Source: Patescibacteria group bacterium (GTDB lineage Bacteria > Patescibacteriota > Minisyncoccia > JACQLN01). Taken from it: a stretch of DNA of 64,000 bases. The notes under the pieces are model-generated. The model was not told the origin of the DNA and ran no database searches. It worked only from the letters and a program-made list of their open reading frames with translations. Each line of letters starts with the position of its first letter. Positions within the stretch are counted from its first letter, which is position 1. The position numbers and the translations under genes were made by a program. This document shows positions 55,949 to 64,000 of this stretch, in pieces. The DNA is taken from the NCBI GenBank assembly GCA_038065095.1, contig JBBTRR010000001.1, positions 113,546 through 177,545 on the forward strand. The letters are read 5' to 3'.

Positions 55949-56745
55949 GTAAAAATATTTTGTTAAAATTTAAAAAGATTCCATTAAAAATTGTTGATGA
56001 AAAACCTTTATTTATTCCAGAAGAAGATTTTAAAAATATTGAAGAGGGTCTACATTCTGGTTTTTTAAATAGATTTAAGACTTTTCTCAAGAGATTTCCA
56101 CAAATTTATTCTTTTATTTTTTATTTTATAGCCCCAGCAATTTTTCTTGGCCGAGAACCAAAATCAATATTTAGCGTTCTTAATAAAGATAGTTTGATTA
56201 TAGATTTGGGCTCTGGTAATCGCAGACTTAGCAAGAATATTGTAAATGTAGATATCCATCCATGGTCAGAAGTAGATATTTTGGCCGATGCCCACGATTT
56301 GCCTTTTGAAGATAACTCTGTTGATGGAGTTGTTCTTTCTTGGGTGATAGAGCATATGGCTGACCCTTTAAAAGTAGTATCGGAAATACATAGGGTCCTT
56401 AAAAAGGGTGGCTATTTTTATCTCTCAACCAATTTTATAACTCCCTACCATCCATCTCCAAAGGATTATTATCGCTGGACCGCTGAAGGTTTAGGGGTAT
56501 TGTTAAAAGATTTTAATGTTTTAGAACTAAAACCTCACGTTGGTCCAACCTGTGCTCTCTTATCTGTTTTGCAAGAATGGTTGTCTTTGGTTTTATCTTT
56601 TAATATAAAAATATTAAAAGATTTTTTATGGATATTTTTTGTGGTAGTAACCTCACCATTAAAATTTTTGGATCTAATCTTTATTCATTATAAATCAGCG
56701 GATATTATAACCGCAGGCTTTTATGTTATTGCCAAAAAAGGATAA
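55945..56745 (+). CDS. SAM-dependent methyltransferase (Methyltransf_11-like) with hydrophobic segments
   Basis: IIDLGSGNRRL and DGVVLSWVIEHMADPLKVVSEIHRVLKKGGYFY. Confidence 0.65.
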   Translation: MSKNILLKFKKIPLKIVDEKPLFIPEEDFKNIEEGLHSGFLNRFKTFLKRFPQIYSFIFYFIAPAIFLGREPKSIFSVLNKDSLIIDLGSGNRRLSKNIVNVDIHPWSEVDILADAHDLPFEDNSVDGVVLSWVIEHMADPLKVVSEIHRVLKKGGYFYLSTNFITPYHPSPKDYYRWTAEGLGVLLKDFNVLELKPHVGPTCALLSVLQEWLSLVLSFNIKILKDFLWIFFVVVTSPLKFLDLIFIHYKSADIITAGFYVIAKKG

Positions 56746-56799
56746 ATAAATTAACCTCATACTAGATAAGTCCTTTAAAATTTAATCAAGGAGGTTGGT

Positions 56800-57822
56800 A
56801 TGCAGTTTATTCTAGGGTCCTCAGTAGCTCCAGTAGCTCCAGTGGTTACAGAAACACCGTTTCGTTTGCCGCTTGGAGGTGGTTCCACAGATTTGCCTTC
56901 ATACTACGAAAAGTACGGTGGTTTTATTTTTGGAGTTGCTATCGATTTTTATATTCATGTTTTTTTGAAGCGTTTAAGAATAGACCGACGTATTCAGTTT
57001 CATTACACTGCTTGTGAGACGGTAAACTGTTTACACGAAGTGCATCATGGTATAGGTCGCGAGGCATTAAGAATGGTTGGTATTGATAATTCCATTAGTG
57101 TGACATTTAATGCTGATTCTCCATCTGGTACTGGGCTCGGTTCTTCGGGGAGTTACGCTGTCGGCCTTTTAAATGGTCTTTATGCTTTGGAAGGAAAGAC
57201 TAAGGATCCAAGGTTTTTGGCAGAGAAAGCTTTTGAAATAACCACCAACTTGGGTTGGTGTGATGGTAAGCAAGATCCATATCTTGCGGCGTATGGTGGC
57301 TTTACGGTGCTTAATATTGACCAAAACGGTCATGTTGCGGTCTCTAAGCCAGATATAAGGGAATACACCATAGATCGCTTTTTAAGCCAGACCCTATTAT
57401 TTTATACCGGTACCAAAAGAGATGGACAAAGTGGTGATATTCTTAAAGAACAGGATGAACAACGTGTTTTAGAACTAAAGCATGGAACTAAAGAAATAGG
57501 ATTAAAAATTTTGGTAGCTTTTGAAAATGGCGATTTAGATGAGTTTGGCCGGTTGATGGATAAGCATTGGCATATTAAAAGACAGATGTCTGGCAAAATC
57601 AGTTCTGACAAGTTTGATGCCATTTACGAAATGGCAAAACAGGCTGGGGCTTTGGGTGGAAAATTGGTAGGCGCTGGCGGCGGTGGCTATTTTATTTTTT
57701 ACTGCCCCACGTCGCTTTCCAAGAGTCGTGTTTCTATTGCTTTAACAGAAGCTGGTTTGCAAAGAGCCGATTTCGGTATTGATTATAAGGGGTCTACGAC
57801 TGTAACCATACCAAGGATGTAG
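56800..57822 (+). CDS. GHMP-family sugar kinase (HddA / galactokinase / fucokinase-like)
   Basis: PSGTGLGSSGSYAVG (GHMP motif II) and KLVGAGGGGYFIFY (motif III). Confidence 0.75.
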   Translation: MQFILGSSVAPVAPVVTETPFRLPLGGGSTDLPSYYEKYGGFIFGVAIDFYIHVFLKRLRIDRRIQFHYTACETVNCLHEVHHGIGREALRMVGIDNSISVTFNADSPSGTGLGSSGSYAVGLLNGLYALEGKTKDPRFLAEKAFEITTNLGWCDGKQDPYLAAYGGFTVLNIDQNGHVAVSKPDIREYTIDRFLSQTLLFYTGTKRDGQSGDILKEQDEQRVLELKHGTKEIGLKILVAFENGDLDEFGRLMDKHWHIKRQMSGKISSDKFDAIYEMAKQAGALGGKLVGAGGGGYFIFYCPTSLSKSRVSIALTEAGLQRADFGIDYKGSTTVTIPRM

Positions 57823-57850
57823 ATATTCACTAAGTCTAGTTTAATAAAAA

Positions 57851-57882
57851 GACGAGCCAAAAACGGCCCGTCTTTTTTAGTG
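57851..57882 (+). terminator. Rho-independent terminator
   Basis: AAGACGAGCC-AAAAAC-GGCCCGTCTT followed by TTTT. Confidence 0.5.
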
Positions 57883-58007
57883 TACCAAAATTATCTTTTG
57901 ACAAACATAGTTAGTTAATTTATGGTTATACAATTGTGTTATGCACAATGTGTTTTGTACCTTAAAAATATGCATACTAACTCATTCCTAAATATAAGGA
58001 GTTTTTT

Positions 58008-59546
58008 ATGTCAAGAAAAGTTCTTATTATATATCCACCAAACCAGTTAAACCCCACTGAAGCTCCTCGTCCAGAAGGGTCATTGGGCCCTCTTTACTTA
58101 GCTTCGGCTTTGGAAAATGCAGGTATAGAAACTGATCTGGTGGATGCTTCTGTAGGAACGGAAGACGATAAGCTGGAAGACACTTTTAACAACCCAGTGA
58201 TGCAACTAAACGGTCTTATAAGGATTGGTATGTCTTTTGATCGTATCCGTGAGTTTATCGCTTTAGGCGGTTACGATGTGGTAGCGATTCATTCAAATTT
58301 TACTCCCCAGACCCGTATGGTTTTGGAAACAGCCAAAATAATAAAGGAGATCAATCCAGAAATTTTGGTTATCAGTGGAGGGGTAAATGCTCGGCATATT
58401 CTGGAACGTCTTTTGGGTATAGGTTTTGTTGATTTAATCTGCATCACCGAAGGAGAAAGGATTATTGTTAAAATAGTTAAACAGTGGAGGCTTAATCGAT
58501 CATTTGACGGTGTAGATGGTGTTGTCTTTATGGAATCGGGCCGGTTGGTTTATCGGCCAGTAAATTCCGATAGTGTGGTCCAAAATTTAGACGAGTTGCC
58601 TGTGCCGGCGTGGCATAAATTGCCTTTGGCTAAATATGCCGAGATTACTTCTCCGCATGGCGATGTGGTTTTGAGTGAGAAATATATTTATGCTCCCATG
58701 ATGACTTCTCGCGGTTGCCCATTTAAATGTGCTTATTGCCATATATCGTTAGAAAAAGAAAAACATGACGATATTGGTAATCTAAGACTCAAGTCTGTGG
58801 ATCGCGTTATGCGTGAAATAGAAATTTTAAAATCTTTAGGTGTTACCAAGGTTTACATCGAAGATGATAGCTTGCTTGCCAAGAAAGCTCGCGTTAAAGA
58901 AATTTTTACACGCCTTTTGGGTGCTGGCTTAAAAATCGCCGATGTAAATGGTGTCAACCTTGTTCATCTTTTTGTAAGAGACAGAGCTACAGGAAAATTA
59001 AGGGTGGATAGAGATTATTTAGAGTTGCTCTGTGCATCTGGTTTTGATCAAATTAGTTTTCCTGTTGAATCCGGTGTTCAAAGGGTTTTGGATAAATATG
59101 CTACCGGTAAACTCGTTTTAGAAACAATGGACATAGCTGGGTTGGTAAGGGTCGCTTCCGATGTAGGTATTTCTTGTCCTGTCGGTATCATGATGGGTTT
59201 TCCAGATGAAACAGAGGCAGAGATTCTCCAAAGTGTGGAATTAGCAAAAAAGTTAGTTGATGCTGGAGCCAAGTATTGTTCTTTTTATATTCCCATTCCT
59301 TTTCCGGGTAGTCAGCTTTATCATATGGCTATTGCCGGTGGACATCTGGATGCAAATTTTGATCCAGACATTATGAACTGGCATCGGCCGGTTATGAAAA
59401 ACACTACCGTGCCGCCGGAAAGAGTTTTGGAACTTCGTGAATGGGCTTGGCGTTCGGTTAATCGAGATGACTATGTAGCTGAACGGTTGAGTAAAAACAT
59501 AGGTACAAGGTGGAGTTCTTTTAAGCCAGTTAGCGATGAAAATTAA
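58008..59546 (+). CDS. B12-binding radical SAM domain protein (class B radical SAM enzyme)
   Basis: N-terminal cobalamin-binding-like Rossmann domain, then TSRGCPFKCAYCH (C-x3-C-x2-C radical SAM cluster motif). 512 aa. It has its own promoter-like TTGACA/TATGGT upstream. Confidence 0.8.
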   Translation: MSRKVLIIYPPNQLNPTEAPRPEGSLGPLYLASALENAGIETDLVDASVGTEDDKLEDTFNNPVMQLNGLIRIGMSFDRIREFIALGGYDVVAIHSNFTPQTRMVLETAKIIKEINPEILVISGGVNARHILERLLGIGFVDLICITEGERIIVKIVKQWRLNRSFDGVDGVVFMESGRLVYRPVNSDSVVQNLDELPVPAWHKLPLAKYAEITSPHGDVVLSEKYIYAPMMTSRGCPFKCAYCHISLEKEKHDDIGNLRLKSVDRVMREIEILKSLGVTKVYIEDDSLLAKKARVKEIFTRLLGAGLKIADVNGVNLVHLFVRDRATGKLRVDRDYLELLCASGFDQISFPVESGVQRVLDKYATGKLVLETMDIAGLVRVASDVGISCPVGIMMGFPDETEAEILQSVELAKKLVDAGAKYCSFYIPIPFPGSQLYHMAIAGGHLDANFDPDIMNWHRPVMKNTTVPPERVLELREWAWRSVNRDDYVAERLSKNIGTRWSSFKPVSDEN

Positions 59547-59631
59547 TGTGTGGTAACCTCTGTTGTCTGTGGACAATAGGGGTTTTTTATTTTAATCTAA
59601 GTAAGTTAAAGACTGATTATAAATAAATATT

Positions 59632-60540
59632 ATGCGATTTGCTATTACAGGTGGGTGTGGTTTTATCGGCTCACAACTTTCTATACATCTTTTGGAGCTA
59701 GGCTATGATGTTAGAGTTATAGATAAAATTGCTATTGGATCTAGTCCTTACTGGAGTGGTTTTGATTACAGTAAAATAGATTATTGCGAAGTTGATATTT
59801 GTTCTCCAGGAGATATGGATGAATGTTTTAAAGATGTTGATTACGTTTTTCATTTAGCTAGCTATGCGCGAATTAAAGATTGTTTAGCTAATCCAAATTT
59901 AGCCCGAAAAATTAATGTTGGTGGTACGCTTAATGTTTTATTAGCAGCAGAAAAAAATAAGGTTAAACGTTTAGTGTATACCAGTTCATCTTCTGCTTAT
60001 GGAGATCAAGATAATTTGCCATGGAAAGAAGATATGCCAATTAAGCTTCTTAATCCGTATGCTTCTACTAAATATGCAGGCGAAATATTGTGCCAATTAT
60101 TTGGCGAAGCTAATCGCTTAGAAACTGTAAGCCTAAGATTATTTAATGTTTATGGTTCGGTGTCGGCGATTGAAGGAAAAGTTGATTGCCCGAGCGTGGT
60201 GGAAATTCTTTTGAAACAAAAAAGAAATGATCAAGCACTTACTATTATTGGAGATGGTAAACAAAAAAGAGATTTGGTTAATGTTAAAGATGTAGCCAAA
60301 GCTTTTGTTGCGGCTTCAACCAGTAAGCTAGTCGGGAAAGGAGAAGTTATTAATATTGGTTCTGGAAGTAATTATTCGGTATCAGAAATTGCTAACTGGA
60401 TAGGTGGAGAGACTACCAAATTAGATAATCGCTATGCTGAAGCTTATGAAACGCTGGCCGATATTTCTAAAGCCAAAGAGTTACTTAATTGGCAGCCCGA
60501 GCATAATCTTAAAGATTGGATTGAATCCAATAAAAAATAA
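59632..60540 (+). CDS. NAD-dependent sugar epimerase/dehydratase (extended SDR; GalE / UDP-sugar 4-epimerase-like)
   Basis: ITGGCGFIGSQL and YASTKYAGE (YxxxK). 302 aa. Confidence 0.8.
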   Translation: MRFAITGGCGFIGSQLSIHLLELGYDVRVIDKIAIGSSPYWSGFDYSKIDYCEVDICSPGDMDECFKDVDYVFHLASYARIKDCLANPNLARKINVGGTLNVLLAAEKNKVKRLVYTSSSSAYGDQDNLPWKEDMPIKLLNPYASTKYAGEILCQLFGEANRLETVSLRLFNVYGSVSAIEGKVDCPSVVEILLKQKRNDQALTIIGDGKQKRDLVNVKDVAKAFVAASTSKLVGKGEVINIGSGSNYSVSEIANWIGGETTKLDNRYAEAYETLADISKAKELLNWQPEHNLKDWIESNKK

Positions 60541-60552
60541 TAGTAATAATAT

Positions 60553-61560
60553 ATGTCTAATAAAGTTTTTTCCTTGGCGCTCGTGGGTGCGGGTGGTATT
60601 GCTTATAAATGGGTCAAAGCTATCAGTAAAGTTAAAAATTGTTCTTTAAGGTTGGTAGTAGATGTGGATATAAATAAAGCAGAATTACTTTCTAAAAATT
60701 ATAAAAATTGTGAACATACAGATAAGTTAAATGATGTTTTATCAAGATTGGATATAGATGCTGTCATAGTAGCAGTGCCCAATAGTATATCTGCCAAGAT
60801 CTCTAGAGAAATTATTAAGTCGGGTAAACATGTTTTATGTGAAAAACCAGGCGCTGTTAATTCCAAAGAATTAAAATCCATTATTTTAGAGGCTAAAAAA
60901 TATAAGAAAAATTTTATGGTCGGGTTTAATCATAGATTCCATCCAGCCTTTTTACAGGCAAAAGAAATTTTTGATAAAGGTGAAATAGGTGAAGCTATGT
61001 TTATAAATTCTAGATATGGTTTTGGTGGTCGGGAAAACTATAATAAAGAATGGCGTTTTAATAAAAAAATAAGCGGGGGCGGAGAAATAATTGACCAAGG
61101 TGTTCATATGATTGATATGGCCCGTTTATTTTTAGGAGAATTTAATGAAGTTAAGGCTTATACGCCTAATCTTTTTTGGGGTGGAAATGTGGAAGATAAT
61201 GGTTTTATACTTTTAAAAACCATAAAAAAACAAATAGCTGCAATTCATGTTAGCTGGACTAATTGGAAATGGATTCATTCTTTTGAAATTATGGGTACAT
61301 TAGGCTATTTACGTATAGATGGTTTGGATCAGCGTTATAACGGGCCGGAGAAATTAACTATAGGATATCGTGATCTTTTATTTAAAAAATCTCCACAAGA
61401 AAAAGTTATAATATTTAAAAACGAAAAACCCGAAGATTCTTTCACTAGACAGTTAAAAGAATTTTTATCTGCTATAAGTGAAGATAGAAATTCTGTTCCA
61501 GATAGTCGTGATGCTTACGAAGTTTTAAAAATAGTTGATAAAATTTATGAAAAAAAATAA
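60553..61560 (+). CDS. Gfo/Idh/MocA-family NAD(P)-dependent sugar oxidoreductase
   Basis: LALVGAGGIAYKWV Rossmann, and the family's HVLCEKP motif. Confidence 0.8.
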   Translation: MSNKVFSLALVGAGGIAYKWVKAISKVKNCSLRLVVDVDINKAELLSKNYKNCEHTDKLNDVLSRLDIDAVIVAVPNSISAKISREIIKSGKHVLCEKPGAVNSKELKSIILEAKKYKKNFMVGFNHRFHPAFLQAKEIFDKGEIGEAMFINSRYGFGGRENYNKEWRFNKKISGGGEIIDQGVHMIDMARLFLGEFNEVKAYTPNLFWGGNVEDNGFILLKTIKKQIAAIHVSWTNWKWIHSFEIMGTLGYLRIDGLDQRYNGPEKLTIGYRDLLFKKSPQEKVIIFKNEKPEDSFTRQLKEFLSAISEDRNSVPDSRDAYEVLKIVDKIYEKK

Positions 61561-61987
61561 AGGATTGGTTTTGGTTCTTGGTGGAGCTGGCTTTATAGGA
61601 TCTCATTTAGTAGACGCATTACTTAAAGATAATTATAGAGTTAGAGTATTAGACAACCTAGCCCCACCTACCCATAACGGCAAATTGCCCTCTTGGTTTA
61701 ACAAAAAAGCAGAATTTGTTAAAGGGGATGTTCGTAAGAGACAAGACTTGATTCGTGCTATGGTTGGGGTTGATTTTATTTTTCACTTGGCAGCCTATCG
61801 GATTAATATACCTAGACATCAAAGTATGGACATTTCAAAATTGAAATCATTAGGTTGGGCGCCCAATCATTTTATCGAAGAAAATGTTTCGGAGTATGTT
61901 GACTGGGTAAGGTCATTTCCTGAAGCAAAAGCTTTTTTTAAAAAAAGCCAAGTATCGATGGGGAAAAAGGGTATAATTAAGGTATAA
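61547..61987 (+). pseudogene. Internally deleted NAD-dependent epimerase/dehydratase remnant
   Basis: Has the N-terminal LVLGGAGFIGSHLV and a C-terminal tail (LKSLGWAP...), but lacks the catalytic S...YxxxK core. It is about 147 aa against an expected ~310. Confidence 0.5.
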
Positions 61988-62054
61988 AGGCTGATATATT
62001 GTAGCTTAAAACCCAGCAGGGTATTTCCTTATTACACTTGAAAACTATAGAACC

Positions 62055-62213
62055 ATGAAAGCTGATTGGTCACAAACTAATTCTAGCTTTGTTTATTATG
62101 GTCCTTGGGAGAAACAGTTTAGCCAAGTAAATTTTTCTAAAGATTCTAGATTAGAATTAATTTATAAAAATTCTTTAGTCGAAATTTTTAAGATTAAAAG
62201 TGACACTTTGTAA
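62055..62213 (+). pseudogene. C-terminal remnant (52 aa) of a third GT-C paralog
   Basis: SFVYYGPWEKQFSQVNFSKDSRLELIYKNSLVEIFKIK matches the C-termini of 35720-37174 (ADFIYYGPWEKQFSKTNFDKKDKFELVYKNPEVSIYKI) and 54110-55948. Stops lie in frame upstream. Confidence 0.6.
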
Positions 62214-62254
62214 CAATTGTGTGCTAATTATGGTTATAGATATACAGTATCAAT

Positions 62255-63601
62255 ATGAGCAAAAAAACCGTATTTTTAGCCATACCTAATCATATTTCTG
62301 CGTCAGATTTATTACGTACTCATTACTTGGAGTATTTGGCTTCGAAATATAAAGTTATTGTGATAACACCTTTTTTAAATTCCAATGATGCAGTTAAACA
62401 AAAGCATTTTTTATCACCAGATGTGGAGTATAAAAAAAGAGATTTAGAAAACCCAAGATTTTGGATGTTTTTTAAATTTTTACGTATTTGTTGGGTTAAC
62501 GAATTTGATTATATTACTTCTATAAAATATTGGTATAAAAGGCCTAATTATAAAAATAGTTTGGCCAGGCGGATAGTTAGAACTATAGGCAGGCCTTTTT
62601 CTAAATTTTTAACAGCGAATTTTTTTACTAAAGTTGAGTATAGATTATTGCCCAAGTCAAAAGATTTTACCGAACTAGTTAAACAACATAATCCAGTATT
62701 GGTTATTACAGCCACCCCAGGTTTTGATCCGTGGGAAGCCGAAATAATTTTTTTAGCAAAACGTGAAAAAACTCCTACAGTAGCGGTTAATTTTAGTTGG
62801 GATAATTTAACTACTAATTCTAAACACATTCGCAAAACTGATTTTTTGATTGCTTGGAATAATATTATGAAAAAAGAGGCTTTAGAGATTCATAACTATA
62901 CTACCGCTAAGGTTTTTGTATCTGGTACGCCAAGGTTTGACCCTTATTTCGATGTTGCTCAATCAGAGCCAACCAAAGAAAAATTTTTGGTAAGCAAAGG
63001 CTTAAATCCAAGTTATAAAACTATTTTTCATACTACGGTGACCAAAGCGTATCCTTTCCAGAAAAAATATATCTATGATCTAATAAAACTTAGAAAAGAA
63101 GGAAAGATACCCTATGTGAATTTATTTATACGAATTCATCCCTTAGATATTTATGATAATTATAGAGAGTTTTTTAATATGCCCGATTTATATATAGAAC
63201 CCGCCGGCCGATCAGGCAGTAAAGCAGTGGAGATGAATTATCAAGACTTGCTTAATCTTAAATATTCTCTAAAATATACCGATTTAAATATAAATTATGC
63301 CTCCACCATTTCTATAGAAGCCTGTATTTTTGATAAGCCTATTATAAATATTGGTTATTTAGATCGTTTTAAATTGGCTTACGAATTTAATCATTACATT
63401 CCTATATATAAGAGTGGTGCTGTAAGGCTGGCCAAAACAGACGAAGCTTTAAAAGATTTAATAAACTTGTATTTAGCAGACCCATCTTTAGATGGAGCTA
63501 ATAGAAAAAAAATTGTGTTAGATTACGTTATTTTTTTAGATGGCTTATCTTATAAGAGAAGTGTAGATGCTTTAGAACAAATAATAAAATCTGTTATATG
63601 A
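62255..63601 (+). CDS. GT-B-fold transferase, paralog family member 4 of 4
   Basis: NFSWDNLTTNS, IRIHPLD, INYASTISIEACIFDKPIINIGY. Confidence 0.55.
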   Translation: MSKKTVFLAIPNHISASDLLRTHYLEYLASKYKVIVITPFLNSNDAVKQKHFLSPDVEYKKRDLENPRFWMFFKFLRICWVNEFDYITSIKYWYKRPNYKNSLARRIVRTIGRPFSKFLTANFFTKVEYRLLPKSKDFTELVKQHNPVLVITATPGFDPWEAEIIFLAKREKTPTVAVNFSWDNLTTNSKHIRKTDFLIAWNNIMKKEALEIHNYTTAKVFVSGTPRFDPYFDVAQSEPTKEKFLVSKGLNPSYKTIFHTTVTKAYPFQKKYIYDLIKLRKEGKIPYVNLFIRIHPLDIYDNYREFFNMPDLYIEPAGRSGSKAVEMNYQDLLNLKYSLKYTDLNINYASTISIEACIFDKPIINIGYLDRFKLAYEFNHYIPIYKSGAVRLAKTDEALKDLINLYLADPSLDGANRKKIVLDYVIFLDGLSYKRSVDALEQIIKSVI

Positions 63602-63663
63602 AACTAAATATACAAATATTAAAGAATTAAACCCCACAAGCCTTGAAAGATATAAATTTTTTA

Positions 63664-64000
63664 ATGCGTCAGATTAGTTTAACTCCTGTTCCACCAAAAC
63701 CATTGTCACAAGCTTTGTTTAAAGATATTATCAATCAGAAAAATGTTAGTTTTATTATTGCTTCAAAACCGGATGGAGAAATAATTGCCATTTTAATTTT
63801 ATATTTTGTTAGAATTCCTAGTGGGCTCACAGCTATTTTAGAGGATTTAATAGTAGATGAAAAATATCACAAATGGGGGGTGGGTAGGTTGTTAGTTGAA
63901 AAATCTATAGAAATTGCCAAAAAAAAGAAAGCCCGCCATTTAAGTTTACGCACTAATCCTATTAGGGCAGAAGCTAATAAGCTTTATCAGGCTATGGATT
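63664..64000 (+). CDS. GNAT-family acetyltransferase, 5' partial (runs off the window end)
   Basis: LEDLIVDEKYHKWGVGRLLVEKSIEIAKKKKARHLSL matches GNAT motif A. No stop before nt 64000. Confidence 0.6.
   Translation, partial: MRQISLTPVPPKPLSQALFKDIINQKNVSFIIASKPDGEIIAILILYFVRIPSGLTAILEDLIVDEKYHKWGVGRLLVEKSIEIAKKKKARHLSLRTNPIRAEANKLYQAMD

Noticed and set aside
56826-56849. 9-nt tandem duplication GTAGCTCCA x2 (VAPVAP) at the N-terminus of the GHMP kinase
   Set aside because: The unit is a multiple of 3, is in frame, and has only two copies. It is most likely a trivial duplication rather than a contingency repeat.
60434-60649. 71-aa ORF bridging the epimerase and Gfo/Idh/MocA genes
   Set aside because: It overlaps both well-supported genes in another frame.

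Overview
This is an AT-rich bacterial window with standard genetic code; TAG and TAA are used as stops. Gene content and style suggest a small-genome, possibly Patescibacteria/CPR-like organism: split comEC, a lamin-tail-domain secreted protein, many tiny RBS-led ORFs and weak SD usage. This lineage call is an inference. The first ~26 kb carries core genes: ftsZ, a class II B12-dependent ribonucleotide reductase (nrdJ) next to the corrinoid adenosyltransferase cobO, efp, comEC split in two, ndk, nth, murD, clpB, and tRNA-His and tRNA-Arg. It also carries two toxin-antitoxin pairs and several unusual non-coding repeats and palindromes. At 21.4-25.2 kb there is a 1263-aa Thr/Ser-rich secreted protein with an N-terminal peptidoglycan-binding (PG_binding_1-like) domain, probably an S-layer or cell-surface protein, behind a long leader. 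From about 26 kb to the window end is a ~38 kb cell-surface glycan island. It holds at least five GT4 glycosyltransferases, and four paralogs of a TagF-like GT-B transferase family. There are two ArnC/DPM1-like GT2 enzymes, each paired with an ArnT/PMT-like GT-C membrane transferase; one GT-C is frameshift-split and another is only a C-terminal remnant. Two polysaccharide deacetylases are present, one with an in-frame TAG. Many SAM methyltransferases are present, together with a flippase-like transporter. There is a nucleotide-sugar dehydrogenase, SDR, epimerase and Gfo/Idh/MocA sugar-modifying enzymes, a transaldolase/FSA-like aldolase, a GHMP sugar kinase and a B12-binding radical SAM enzyme. 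Embedded in the island is an ACP-dependent cassette: AcpS, an FkbH-like HAD enzyme, ACP, a MaoC dehydratase and an SDR reductase. The island shows signs of rapid turnover: segmental duplications, split and truncated paralogs, heptanucleotide tandem repeats inside GT4 genes that could be phase-variable, and GC-rich in-frame insertions. My main hypothesis is an uncharacterised surface-protein or cell-wall glycosylation system that decorates the adjacent giant PG-binding protein, with an unusual ACP-linked acyl or glyceryl modification branch. All coordinates and motifs were read by eye from the sequence and the ORF track; no searches were run.
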